From Pristiophorus japonicus (Eukaryota), in NCBI RefSeq assembly GCF_044704955.1, contig NC_091979.1, positions 232,004,001-232,068,000 of the forward strand: DNA of 64,000 nt. The letters run 5' to 3'. Shown piece by piece: positions 35,794-48,510 of the stretch. Below the pieces are notes generated by a model. It ran no database searches. It was not told the DNA's origin and saw only the letters and a list, made by a program, of their open reading frames with translations. The first letter of the stretch is position 1. Each line of letters begins with the position of its first letter. Both the position numbers and the translations under genes were made by a program.

Positions 35794-36496
35794 AAGGAGG
35801 ATTGAGGTTTGGGGAGGGCATCCCAGAGCTTAAGGCCTTGGTATATTAAAGCATCCACTACTCGAGGAATTGATGTTTGTGAGTGGTAGCAGTGTGTGGA
35901 AATATGCAGCATTCATCCCTTCTTGTTTACCCTGTATGGCTGGGACCCATATTACAGACTGACCAGGATAGTCTGAATCCTTCCTGCTCTTTATTTCTCC
36001 ATTTTCTTCCACAGTTTATATTTTGCATCCCTTGCCAGACCTCTTCTTCAGCCCCAGCCCACACAAAGAGTCTGGAGAGATAATCATTTTCCATTGATGG
36101 TAGTTTATAGCAAAGCTAGTGTCTGTAATGAGCAGTTTTGGCAAAGGTTGCAGAAGCGGATTGCATTGTAAATGGGATCGAGTTACAGTTTGTGAGAATG
36201 ATTGGTCGATTAAAGTCTAACAGGGCATTCACCTGCCCCACCTGCCGATCACTGTCTTCTTTCTGTGCTGTTGCCTGCAGGTTTTCCTTCTGTGGGGCTC
36301 CTCTTCATAGGGGTAGCTTTGTTCAGTAAGTATAGCACAAGACTGCATTCTCTCCCCACACCCACCCCCAGAGCTGTAGAAATGAATGAAAGCAGTTTCC
36401 TTCTAGTTAACTGGTTCAGTCCAACACTTCAGATACTGCGAGGTTCACGCTGATGTGTTCAGGTCCCACCAGTAACACAACCCACGATACTGCCAG

Positions 36497-39400
36497 GGTA
36501 ATGCAGACAGGAGCACAGGGTGCATGTTATATACAGAGTAAAGCAGGCAGGAGCACAGGGTGCATGTTATATACAGAGTAAAGCAGGCAGGAGCACAGGG
36601 TGCGTGTTATATACAGAGTAATGCAGACAGGAGCACATGGTGCATGTTATATACAGAGTAAAGCAGGCAGGAGCACAGGATGCGTGTTATATACCAGGGC
36701 AATGCAGACAGGGGTCCAGGGTGTGTGTTATATACAGGGTAATGCAGGCAGGAGCACAGGGTGCATGTTATATACAGGTAATGCAGACAGGAGCACAGAG
36801 TGCATGTTATATACAAGGTAATGCAGACAGAAGCACGAAAGCATGGGCCTTACACTAAACATCCGTAAGTCCTCTACCAACCTGATCACACCACACAGCA
36901 CTGCCCCCCAATTATCAAAATCCACAGCGTGGCCTTGGACAACGTGGACCATTTTCCATACTTCGGGAGCCTACTGTCAGCAGGAGCAGACATCGACGAC
37001 GAGGTCCAACACTGCCTTCAGTGCGCCAGCGCAGCCTTCGGTCGCCTGAGAAAGAGAGTGTTTGAAGACCAGGACCTCAAATCCGGCACCAAGCTCATGA
37101 TCTACAGGGTAGTAATGATACCCGCCCTCCTATATGGCTCAGAATCATGGACTATATACAGTAGACACCTCAAAACGCTGGAAAAGTACCACCAACGCTG
37201 CCTCCGCAAGATCCTGCAAAACCCCTGGGAGGACAGACGCACCAAGGTCAGTGTTCTCGCTCAGGCCAACATCCCCAGCATCGAAGCACTGACCACACTC
37301 GACCAGCTCCGTTGGGCGGGCCACATCGTCAGCATGCCCGACACGAGACTCCCAAAGCAAGTGCTCTACATGGAGCTTCGAAAAAGCAAGCGAGCCCCAT
37401 GTGGGCAGAGGAAACGCTTCAAGGACACTCTCAAAGCCTCCTTGATAAAGTGCAACATCCCCACCGACTCCTGGGAATCCCTGGCCCATGACCGCCCAAA
37501 GTGGAGGAAGAGCATTCGGGAGGGCGCTGAACACCTCGAGTCCCATCGCCGAGAACAATCAGAAATCGAGAGTAGACAGCGGAAGGAGCATGCGTCAACC
37601 CAGGCTCCTCGACCACCCTTTCCTTCAACCATTGTCTGCCCCACCTGTGACAGAGACTGTAGGTCCTGCATTGGACTGTTCAGTCATCTGAGTACTCACT
37701 TTTAGAGTGGAAGCAAGTCTTCCTCGACTCCGAGGGACTGCCTATGATGAATGGAGACAGGAGCGCAAGGTGTGTGTTTTATACACACGGTAATGTAGAT
37801 GGACCCAGGGTGTGTGTTATATACGGGGCAATGCAGACAGGGACCCAGGGTGTGCGTTACATACAGGGCAATACAGACAGGGGCACAGGGTGTGTGTTAT
37901 ATACAGGGTAATGCAGACAGGGACACAGGGTGTGTGTTATATACAGGGCAATACAGACAGGGGCACAGGGTGTGTGTTATATACAGGGCAACACAGACAG
38001 GGGCACAGGGTGTGTGTTATATACAGGGTAATGTAGACAGGGACCCAGGGTGTGTGTTATATACAGAGTAATGCAGACAGGGGCACAAGGTGTGTGTTAT
38101 ATACAGGGCAATACAGACAGGGACCCAAGATGTGTGTTATATACAGGGTAATGCAGACAGGGGCACAGGGTGCGTGTTATATACAGGGTAATGCAGACAG
38201 GGGTCCAGGGTGAGTGTTATATACAGAGTAATGCAGACAGGGGTCCAAGGTGTGTGTTATATACACGGTAATGCAGACAGGGGTCCAGGGTGTGTGTTAT
38301 ATACACGGTAATGCAGACAAGAGCACAGGGTGTGTGTTATATACAGGGTAATGCAGACAGGGGCACAGGGTGTGTGTTATATACAGGGTAATGCAGACAG
38401 GGGTCCAGGGTGTGTGTTATATACAGGGTAATGCAGACAGGGGCATAGTGTGTGTGTTATATACAGGGTAATGTAGACAGGGGTCCAAGGTGTGTGTTAT
38501 ATACAGGGTAATGCAGACAGGGGTCCAGGGTGTGTGTTATATACAGGGTAATGCAGACAGGGGCATAGTGTGTGTGTTATATACAGGGTAATGTAGACAG
38601 GGGTCCAAGGTGTGTGTTATATACACGGTAATGCAGACAGGGGTCCAGGGTGTGTGTTATATACACGGTAATGCAGACAGGGGCACAGGGTGTGTGTTAT
38701 ATACACGGTAATGCAGACAAAAGCACAGGGTGTGTGTTATATACACGGTAATGCAGACGGGGACCCAGGGTGTGTGTTATATACACGGTAATGCAGACAG
38801 GGGCACAGGGTGTGTGTTATATACAGGGTAATGCAGACAGGGGCACAGGGTGTGTGTTATATACAGGGCAATGCAGACAGGGGTCCAGGGTGTGTGTTAT
38901 ATACAGGGCAATACAGACAGGGGTCCAAGGTGTGTGTTATATACAGGGTAATGCAGACAAGAGCACAGGGTGTGTGTTTTATATACAGAGTAATGCAGAC
39001 AAGAGCACAGGGTGTGTGTTATATACAGGGTAATGCAGACAGGTGTCAAGGCTGTGTGTTATATACAGGGTAATGCAGACAGGGGCACAGGGTGTGTGTT
39101 ATATACAGGGTAATGCAGACAGGGGCCCAGGGTGTGTGTTATATACAGGGCAATACAGACAGGGACCCAAGGTGTGTGTTATATACAGGGCAATACAGAC
39201 AGGGGCACAGGGTGTGTGTTATATACAGGGTAATGCAGACAGGGACCCAGGGTGTGTGTTATATACAGGGTAATGCAGACAGGGGTCCAAGGTGTGTGTT
39301 ATATACACGGTAATGCAGACAGGGGTCCAGGGTGTGTGTTATATACACGGTAATGCAGACAGGGGCACAGGGTGTGTGTTATATTCAGGGTAATGTAGAC

Positions 39401-40455
39401 GGTCCCAGGGCGTGTGTTATATACAGGGTAATGCAGACGGGCCAAGGGTGTGTGTTATATACAGGGTAATGCAGACAGGGGCCAAGGGTGTGTGTTATAT
39501 ACACGGTAATGCAGCCGGGTCCAGGGTGTGTGTTATATACAGGGTAATGCAGACAAGAGCACAGGGTGTGTGTTCTATACAGGGTAATGCAGACAAGAGC
39601 ACATTGTGTGTGTTATATACAGGGTAATGCAGACAGGGGCACAGGGTGTGTGTTATATACAGTGTAATGCAGACAAGAGCACAGGGTGTGTGTTATATAC
39701 AGAGTAATGCAGACAAGGGCACAGGGTGTGTGTTATATACATGGTAATACAGACAGGTGCACAGGGTGTGTGTTATATACACAGTAATGCAGCCGGGTCC
39801 AGGGTGTGTGTTATATACAGGGTAATGCAGACAAGAGCACAGGATGTGTGTTATATACAGGGCAATACAGACAGGGGCACAGGGTGTGTGTTATATACAG
39901 GGTAATGCAGACAGGGGCACAGGGTGTGTGTTATATACAGTGTAATGCAGACAAGAGCACAGGGTGCGTGTTATATACAGAGTAATGCAGACAAGGGCAC
40001 AGGGTGTGTGTTATATACACGGTAATACAGACAGGTGCACAGGGTGTGTGTTATATACAGAGTAATGCAGACAGGAGAAAACAGTGAGTGTTCTTTACTG
40101 AGTAATACAGACAGGGGTCCAGGGTGTGTGTTATATACATGGTAGTGCAGACAGGAGCACAGGGTGTGTGTTATATACAGGGTAATGCAGACAGGGGCCC
40201 AGGGTGTGTGTTATATACAGGGTAATGCAGATTGGAGCACAGGGTGTGTGGTATATACAGGGTAATGCAGATTGGAGCACAGGGTGTGTGTTATATACAG
40301 GGTAATGCAGACAGGGGCCCAGGGTGTGTGTTATATACAGGGTAATGCAGACCAGAGCACAGGGTGTGTGTTATATACAGGGTAATGCAGACAGGGGCCC
40401 AGAGTGTGTGTTATATACAGAGTAATGCAGACAGGAGAAAACAGTGAGTGTTACA
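36497..40455. repeat. 40-bp minisatellite AATGCAGACAGGGGCACAGGGTGTGTGTTATATACAGGGT, interrupted by an RTE
   Basis: Direct periodicity on both sides of 36836-37750. Confidence 0.97.
36836..37750 (+). mobile_element. RTE 3' fragment with 258-aa open C-terminal ORF
   Basis: FPYFGSLLS..LLYGSESWT..LRWAGH..CPTCDRDCRSCIGLFSHLSTH C2H2; ATGATG tail. Confidence 0.94.
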
Positions 40456-40814
40456 CACTGTTGTCACCCCCTCACACGGTACAAGTTAGTTCCGAAGGGA
40501 ACACAAAATATCTTGTGATGGAGTACAGTTACAGAAAGCACCAGGCTATCCTTGATATTTCAGCCCGGTTGGGAATTTCTGTCTCTGGCAACAAGAAAGG
40601 GTGGTGAAGAAGACAGAAGACGTTGTGTGCTCGTACTCCTCAAACCCCTTCCCAGAACCTCAAACCTTGGAGCTCCTCACCTCCCTCGGTCCAGTGTCTT
40701 CCAATGCGTTGGATACTAGCCACATGTGGCAAACTGAGAATTCCCATGTGGCTGATTAGCAAATAACAATTGAGAATGTTCGCACAGAGTGTGCATGTGA
40801 ACTTTACAATCTTA

Positions 40815-41250
40815 GAATCATAGAACAGTTTCAGCACAGAAGGAGGCCATTCGGCCCGTCGAGCCTGTGCCGGCTCTCTGCAAAAGCACTTCAGCTAGTC
40901 CCACTCTGCCCTTTCGCCGTAGCTCTGCAAATTATTTTCTTTCGGGTACTTATCCAACTCTCTTTTGAAAGCCGTGATTGAGTCTGCATCTACCACCCTC
41001 TCAGGTAGTGCATTCCAGATCCTAACCACTCGCTGCGTTTTAAAAAAAAAAGTTATTCCTCATGTCGCCTTTGGTTCTTTTGCCAATCGCCTTAAATCTG
41101 TGCCCTCTGGTTCTCGACTCTTCTGCCAATGGGAACAGTTTCTCTACTCTGTCCAGACCCCTCATGATTTTGAACACCTCTATCAAATCTCCTCTCAACC
41201 TTCTCTGCTCTAAGGAGAACAACCCCAGCTTCTCCAGTCTATCCACGTAA
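40815..41250 (-). mobile_element. CR1 3' fragment
   Basis: RLEKLGLFSLEQRRLRGDLIEVFK. Confidence 0.9.
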
Positions 41251-41393
41251 CTTTAACCTTCTTGTGCGTTGCTTGGTAAAATGATAAGATGAAAAGCAGA
41301 GTTTGAGAGTGTTTTTTAATCGTTGTGAGTGCTTCACTTTCTTGGTCACTGAATGGTGCTGGAGGTTTGTTAAGTAAATATACACGTGTGAAG

Positions 41394-41451
41394 CAGTGTT
41401 CCCTTTCATATTTTTTGGGGTGCGTGGCCATGCAGCTTAAAGGGAACATTG
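41394..41451. mobile_element. 58-bp hAT-type MITE
   Basis: TIRs CAGTGTTCCCTTT / AAAGGGAACATTG; perfect 8-bp TSD GTGTGAAG at 41386-41393 and 41452-41459. Confidence 0.85.
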
Positions 41452-41629
41452 GTGTGAAGTACATTTAGCTGTATAGTGTGCAAGTTGTTGTCTCCTAAAA
41501 TTAGCGCAAGTGGCTAAAAGGGGGTTGCCATGGCTACACCTGTGGCTAACCAGCAATTTCTATTGGGTGATGCTGCCTCAGTCCCCCAATCTGTTGGCTT
41601 ATAAAACCTAATTTTGCCTATCTACCAGT

Positions 41630-43400
41630 GCGTGCTGTACTGCGGGGCCCAGACCCTGGGGAACGTGCTGTACTGTGGGCCTGGGGAACGTGTGGGCCTG
41701 GACCCTGGGGAACATGCTGTACTGTGGGCCCCGGAGCTTGGGGAACATGCTGTACTGTGGGCCCCGGAACTTGGGGAACATGCTGTACTGTGGGCCCCGG
41801 AGCTTGGGGAACATGCTGTACTGTGGGCCCTGGAGCTTGGGGAACGTGCTGTACTGTGGGCCCCGGAGCTTGGGGAACGTGCTGTACTGTGGGCCCCGGA
41901 GCTTGGGGAACGTGCTGTACTGTGGGCCCCGGAGCTTGGGGAATGTGCTGTTCTGTGGGCCCGAACACCGGGGAGCAGGGACCCTGGGGAACGTGCTGTA
42001 CTGTGGGGCCTGGGAGCGGGGACCCTGGGAAACCTGCTGTACTGTGGGCCTGGGGAGCAGGGACCCTGGAGAACGAGCTGTACTGTGGGCCTGGGGAACG
42101 TGTGGGCCTGGACCCTGGGGAACGTGCTGTACAGTGGGCCCAGACACCGGGGAGCAGGGACCCTGGGGAATGTGCTGTACTGTGGGCTCTGAGCCTGGGG
42201 AACGTGCTGTACTGTGGGCCCCAGAGCCTGGGGATAGTGCTGTACTGTGGGCCCCGGAGCTTGGGGAACGTGCTGTACTGTGGGCCCCGGAGCTTGGGGA
42301 ACGTGCTGTACTGTGGGCCCCGGAGCTTGGGGAATGTGCTGTTCTGTGGGCCCGAACACCGGGGAGCAGGGACCCTGGGGAACGTGCTGTACTGTGGGGC
42401 CTGGGAGCGGGGACCCTGGGAAACCTGCTATACTGTGGGCCTGGGGAGCAGGGACCCTGGAGAACGTGCTGTACTGTGGGCCTGGGGAACGTGTGGGCCT
42501 GGACCCTGGGGAACGTGCTGTACAGTGGGCCCAGACACCGGGGAGCAGGGACCCTGGGGAATTTGCTGTACTGTGGGCCCTGAGCCTGGGGAACGTGCTG
42601 TACTGTGGGCCCCGGAGCCTGGGGATAGTGCTGTACTGTGGGCCCCGGAGCCTGGGGAACGTGCTGTACTGTGGGCCCCGGAGCCTGGGGATAGTGCTGT
42701 ACTGTGGGCCCCGGAGCCTGGGGAACGTGCTGTACTGTGGGCCCCGGAGCCTGGGGATAGTGCTGTACTGTGGGCCCCGGAGCCTGGGGAACGTGCTGTA
42801 CTGTGGGCCCCGGAGCTTGGGGAACGTGCTGTACTGTGGGCCCCGGAGCTTGGGGAATGTGCTGTTCTGTGGGCCCGAACACCGGGGAACAGGGACCCTG
42901 GGGAACGTTCTGTACTGTGGGCCCCAGACTCTGGGGAATGTGCTGTACTGTGGGCCCCGGAGCTTGGGGAATGTGCTGTTCTGTGGGCCCGAACACCGGG
43001 GAACAGGGACCCTGGGGAACGTGCTGTACTGTGGGCCCTGAGCCTGGGGAACGTGCTGTACTGTGGGCCCCGGAGCCTGGGGATAGTGCTGTCCTGTGGG
43101 CCCCGGAGCCTGGGGAACGTGCTGTACTGTGGGCCCCGGAGCTTGGGGAACGTGCTGTACTGTGGGCCCCGGAGCCTGGGGAACGTGCTGTACTGTGGGC
43201 CCCGGAGCCTGGGGAACGTGCTGTACTGTGGGCCCCGGAGCTTGGGGAAAGTGCTGTACTGTGGGCCCTGGAGCCTGGGGAACGTGCTGTACTGTGGGCC
43301 CCGGAGCCTGGGGAACGTGCTGTACTGTGGGCCCCGGAGCTTGGGGAACGTGCTGTACTGTGGGCCCCGGAGCCTGGGGAACGTGCTGTATTGTGGGCCC
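41630..43400. repeat. 33-bp GC-rich minisatellite GGGCCCCGGAGCTTGGGGAACGTGCTGTACTGT with higher-order blocks
   Basis: Direct periodicity; gives spurious 11-aa-repeat ORFs. Confidence 0.96.
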
Positions 43401-43699
43401 TGGACACTTCGCCTCAGCGATTTTGTGACAGCAGATATCTCCTCCGCTGGTATGTGCTTGAATGTGGGAAGATGGACTTGAGGAATATGCAGAGAGAGAG
43501 ACAGTGGGAAAGGAAGAAGGGGGAGGGGGTTGGGTGCGGAGAGACGGCGCATCTTTGATTGAGGAGTGAAGGGAATCCATTAACTTGCAAACGGCGGGCT
43601 GGGTTTGGACCTAACAATGTTGGTACTGTGGCAGATGCTGTCCCGCTATGGATGGCTTTGTGTTTGTGTGACCTCTGGCAGTAATTCCATGCCACTGAG

Positions 43700-44330
43700 G
43701 TACCTCAAATAATGATGTCAAATGATTAGGTTACCGAAAATGTGAACAGCGGCAATAGGACGTGACATGTTCTAATGACTGCCAGAGAGGCTGGCAGGGC
43801 CCAGTACCTGCCGCTGATCTAACCTTTGCCACTATAATATCGCTGGTTCACAAAGCGTCTACTTACACAAAAAACGCTTTCGCGTTCGTCAAAAGCTGAC
43901 TTAATTGCGGTTTAAAAAAAAAATTCCTCTCTCGGTGCGGGGATCAGTCGGCTATAAATAATTTGAGTAATCGAGAGTAATAGGGTTGAGGGGGAGGAGG
44001 GAAGGGTAGGTTTGGGGAGGGGCGGGGGGGAAAGAACTTTTCCTCTTTTGTATCCTGTGTCAGCGAGGGTCAAAGGTCAGGCAGCTTGCATATTCTATTA
44101 GGTCGAGTCGTAATCATTGGGACAAATGAGTTTACCCAACAGTGATTAAAATGCCAGTGAAGCTCGGAAAGGCTGAATGTGTTTGACAAGCCCTCTGGTG
44201 AACGATGTGACAGGCCCCTGAGCCTGGCCTTGCCAAATTGCTGTCGCTCTATGAAGATATTTTAAAATAAAATAAACCGGGTGGGTTGACATCACTCAGT
44301 TGCCCTGTATTCTCAGTCATAAAGCTTCTC
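43700..44330. promoter_or_regulatory. Unique enhancer-like island with perfect DR1 GGGTCAAAGGTCA (44067-44079)
   Basis: No TE similarity recognised; TAAT-rich motifs; DR1 consensus. Confidence 0.45.
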
Positions 44331-44480
44331 TCTCTCTCTCCCTCTCTCTTTCTCTCTCTCTCTCTCGCCCCACACCCTCCATGCGCAATTTAATTGCTTG
44401 TTCCACTTGCCGAGGCCTGGAGTTCGGGCGACTGATGCTGTGCTGCACAACGTTTCTCTGCCAATCCCACCTTGTTCCTA

Positions 44481-44988
44481 CATGATGGGCAGTCCCTCGG
44501 AATCGAGGAAGACTTGCTTCCACTCTTAAAATGAGTCCTCAGATAACTGAACAGTCCAATACGAGAACTACAGTCCCTGTCACAGGTGGGACAGATAGTC
44601 GTTGAAGGAAAGGGTGGGTGGGACTGGTTTGCCGCACGCTCTTTCCGCTGCCTACACTTGATTTCTTCATGCTCTCGGCGATGAGACTTGAGGTGCTCAG
44701 CGTTCTCCCGGATGCACTTCCTCCACTTAGGATGGTCTTTGGCCAGGGACTCCCAGGTGTCAGTGGGGATGTTGCACTTTATCAGGGAGACTTTGAGGGT
44801 GTCCTTGTAACGTTTCCTCTGCCCACCTTTGGCTCGTTTGCCATGAAGGAGTTCCGAGTAGAGCGCTTGCTTTGGGCATCTCGTGTCGGGCATGCGGACA
44901 ATGTGGCCTGCCCAGCGGAGTTAACCGAGTGTGGTCAGTGCTTCAATGCTGGGAATGTTGGCCTGGTCTAGGATGCTAATGTTGGTGC
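44481..44988 (-). mobile_element. RTE 3' fragment
   Basis: MPDTRCPKQALYSELLHGKR; CPTCDR. Confidence 0.92.
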
Positions 44989-45139
44989 TTCACGCTGGGA
45001 GCACCCGTGCGGCCCACAGGTGTCACAGCTTCACATCTGTAACCCCAGAGGTAGTGAGCGATAATGAATCACTTGCCCTGCCAACGGTGCAGAGCACAGC
45101 CAGGGTTGCAAAGGGTAGGAGAGGAGATGCCGTAAATAG

Positions 45140-45595
45140 AAAAAAGAAAGACTTTCATTTATATAGTATCTTTCACGACCTCAGGACGTCCCAAAGCGCT
45201 TTGCAGCCATAGGAGTACTTTTTGAAATGTGGTCACTGTTGTAATGTAGAGAAACACGGCAGCCAATTTGCGCACAGCAAGCTTCCGCAATGAGATAATG
45301 ATCAGATAATCTGTGTTTAGGTGTTGGTTGAGAGATAAATATTGGCCGGGCCATCAGCGAAAGTTCCCCTGCTTTTCTTCAAATTGGGATCTTTTACAAC
45401 CACCTGAGAGGGCAGACGGGGCCTCGGTTTAACGTCCCATCTGAAAGACGGCACCTCCGACAGTGCAGCACTCCCTCAGCACTGCATTGGGAGTGTCAGC
45501 CTAGATTCTTGTGCTCAAGTCTCTGGAGTGGGGCTCGAACCCACGACCATCTGACTCAGAAGGGGAAAGTGCTACCATTAGGCAAAAGCTGTCAC
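45140..45595 (-). mobile_element. Deu-domain tRNA-SINE, full length
   Basis: Tail, core, head. Confidence 0.9.
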
Positions 45596-46064
45596 TTATC
45601 AATGAGGAAGAAACTCTTCGATAAGACCGAACTTGGGTTTTTAAAGCCTGTAGATTTGGGAGTCAAGGTGACTGAAGGAAGTGAAGTTTTCTTTGAGAGA
45701 AGGACGATCAGAGTTTTGATTCTCAGGGTCATTCTACACTTAAAACTTCTGCTCCCTCTGATGGCACATTTACTGAGGCAGAAGAGCCACGCAGTCCAGG
45801 TAGGCCCAGGTTCATCCTGGGACTGTGCTGAGTTATCGGCCCCACTCGTGCGGGACTAGGGAGCACGTGACAATTGGCCTCACTGTCTGGGTTAGATTGG
45901 CCAAACACTGATCAATTCAGCTAACTTTTATTGCAATCGATCTTGCTTTCTCATAATGACTGAGATTGGGATCTCCACTGATTGGCAGGATTCATGCCCT
46001 GTACCATCTATTTATCTGTACCCCCCTAACCTCCCGGTGCTGACATTTATTCTATGAAAGAAAA

Positions 46065-46450
46065 AGAAAAGAAAGACTTGCATTTCTATAGCACCTTTCA
46101 CATCAGGACGTTCCAAAATACTTTTGTAGCTGATGAAGTACTTTTGGAGTGTAGACACTGGTGTAATGTGGGAAATGCGGCAGCCAATTTGCGCACAGCA
46201 AGCTCCCACAAACAGCAATGAGATAATGACCAGATAATCTGTTTTAGTGATGTTGGTTGAGGGATAATTATTGGGCTCGACACCAGGGAGAACTCCCCTG
46301 CTCTTCTTCGGACTGTTTACATTCACCTGAGAGGGCAGACGGTGCCTCGATTTAACGTCTCATCCAAAAGATGGCACCTCCGACAGTGCTGCCTTCCATC
46401 AGTACAGCACTGGAATGTTCGCCTGGATTTTGTGCTGCAGTCCCTGTAGT
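46065..46450 (-). mobile_element. Deu-domain SINE
   Basis: Tail and core. Confidence 0.87.
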
Positions 46451-46788
46451 AACCCAGCTCTTTAAGTCTGACTCACTATAACATGGTTAATGGAGTTTAG
46501 AGCTCAGACTCGGCCTAAAGAATTTTAAAGATCCCCATGGTGAGTATGAAGTCACCTCGTGAGGCTGGGAAGGGCCCTCGGTAACATCTCTCAGCGGCTG
46601 CTGATGCTTCATAAGAACATCGGGAAACGAGTGACTACAAAAATATTGTTTTTAAAAAAAAAATACAGGTGACAGTTGTATTGCAACAGTTAGGAGGCAG
46701 ATAGACGTCATGCACTGTCCCTGTATAAATAGGATAACTGACGGATCTCGGTGTGTTACACTGTATAAATAGGATAACTGACAGGCAG

Positions 46789-48147
46789 GCTATTGAGGAT
46801 GAAATAGCCGCGCATTTGGAAAGCAGTGACAGGATCAGTCCAAGTTAGCATGGATTTATGAAAGGGAAATCATGCTTGACAAATCTTCTGGAATTTTTTG
46901 AGGATGTAACTAGTAGAGTGGACAAGAGAGAACCAGTGGATGTGGTGTATTTGGACTTTCAAAAGGCCTTTGACAAGGTCCCACACAAGAGATTGGTGTG
47001 CAAAATCAAAGCACATAGTATTGGGGGTAATGTACTGATGTGGATAGAGAATTGGTTGGCAGACAGGAAGCAGAGAGTTGGGATAAACGGGTCCTTTTCA
47101 GAATGGGAGGCAGTGACTAGTGGAGTGCCGCAGGGCTCAGTGCTCAGTGCTGGGACCCCAGCTATTTACAATATACATTAATGATTTGGATGAAGGAATT
47201 GAGTGTAATATCTCCAAGTTTGCAGATGACACTAAACTGGGTGGCGGTGTGAGCTGTGAGGAAGACGCTAAGAGGCTGCAGGGTGACTTGGACAGGTTAG
47301 GTGAGTGGACAAATGCATAGCAGATGCAGTATAATGTGGATAAATGTGAGGTTATCCATTTTGGTGGCAAAAACACGAAGGCAGAATATTATCTGAATAG
47401 CGGCAGATTAGGAAAAGGGGAGGTGTAACGAGACCTGGGTATCATGGTTCATCAGTCATTGAAAGTTGGCATGCAGGTACAGCAGGCGGTGAAGAAGGCA
47501 AATGGCATGTTGGCCTTCATAGCTAGGGGATTTGAGTATAGGAGCAGGGAGGTCTTCCTGCAGTTGTACAGGGCCTTGGTGAGGCCTCACCTGGAATATT
47601 GTGTTCAGTTTTGGTCTCCTAATCTGAGGAAGGAAGTTCTTGCTATTGAGGGAGTGCAGCGAAGGTTCACCAGACTGATTCCTGGGATGGCTGGACTGAC
47701 ATTATGAGGTGAGACTGGATCAACTGGACCTTTATACACTGGAGTTTAGAAGGATGAGAGGGGATCTCCTAGAAACGTATAAGATTCTGACGGGACTGGA
47801 CAGGTTAGATGCGGGAAGAATGTTACCGATGTTGGGGAAGTCCAGAACCAGGGGACACAGTCTTAGGATAAGGGGTAGGCCATTTAGGACTGAGATGAGG
47901 AGAAACTTCTTCACTCAGAGTTGTTAACCTCTGGAATTCCCTGCCGCAGAGAGTTGTTGATGCCAGTTCATTGGATATATTGAAGAGGGAGTTAGATGTG
48001 GCCCTTACGGCTAAAGGGATCAAGGGGTATGGAGAGAAAGCAGGAAAGGGGTACTGAGGGAATGATTAGCCATGATCTTATTGAATGGCGATGCAGGCTC
48101 AAAGGGCCGAATGGCCTACTCCTGCACCTAGTTTCTATGCTTCTATG
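46789..48147 (+). mobile_element. CR1 LINE, RT to 3' tail, with stops and frameshifts
   Basis: [39 protein letters not shown]; TTTCTATG tail. Confidence 0.95.
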
Positions 48148-48462
48148 TGTTCCCTTTAATTATTTTTTGGGTGCATGGCCCCTTTAAGGGCCTGCGGGGC
48201 CCATTCACAATCCTGCGCATGTGCGGTATTTCCTATTTAAAAGCTGGTGAGCCTGCTGCAGAGCGGCGCATGGCCGCGCAGCTTAAATGGATCATTGCAT
48301 ACAGGCAACGTTCCCTGTAAAAGCTGCGCTTTATTCTGCTCAACCTGTTTCCTTCAGTGCGCGGTCCCGTTTTAAATTTCCGTGCGTGTGCGGTATTTAC
48401 AATGGGGAGGCCGGCGAGTGGCCTGTGCAGGATGTTGGCTGCACAGCTTAGAGGCAACATTG
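48148..48462. mobile_element. Two adjacent hAT-type MITEs (48148-48297, whose first 3 bp lie at 46786-46788, and 48306-48462)
   Basis: TGTTCCC..TAA / TTA..GGAACATTG-type TIRs; related 8-mers CTGACAGG, CATACAGG and CTGACGGG at the three boundaries. Confidence 0.65.
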
Positions 48463-48510
48463 CTGACGGGTCTGTGTGATACACCCTGTAAATAGGATAA
48501 CTGACCGTCT

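Noticed and set aside
36929-37705. 258-aa intact ORF as a host gene
   Set aside because: C-terminal RTE ORF with paralogous copies in the window and an (ATG)n tail.
41608-43580. 600-650 aa repeat-protein ORFs on both strands
   Set aside because: A 33-bp unit is divisible by 3; overlapping ORFs in most frames and no unique coding context.
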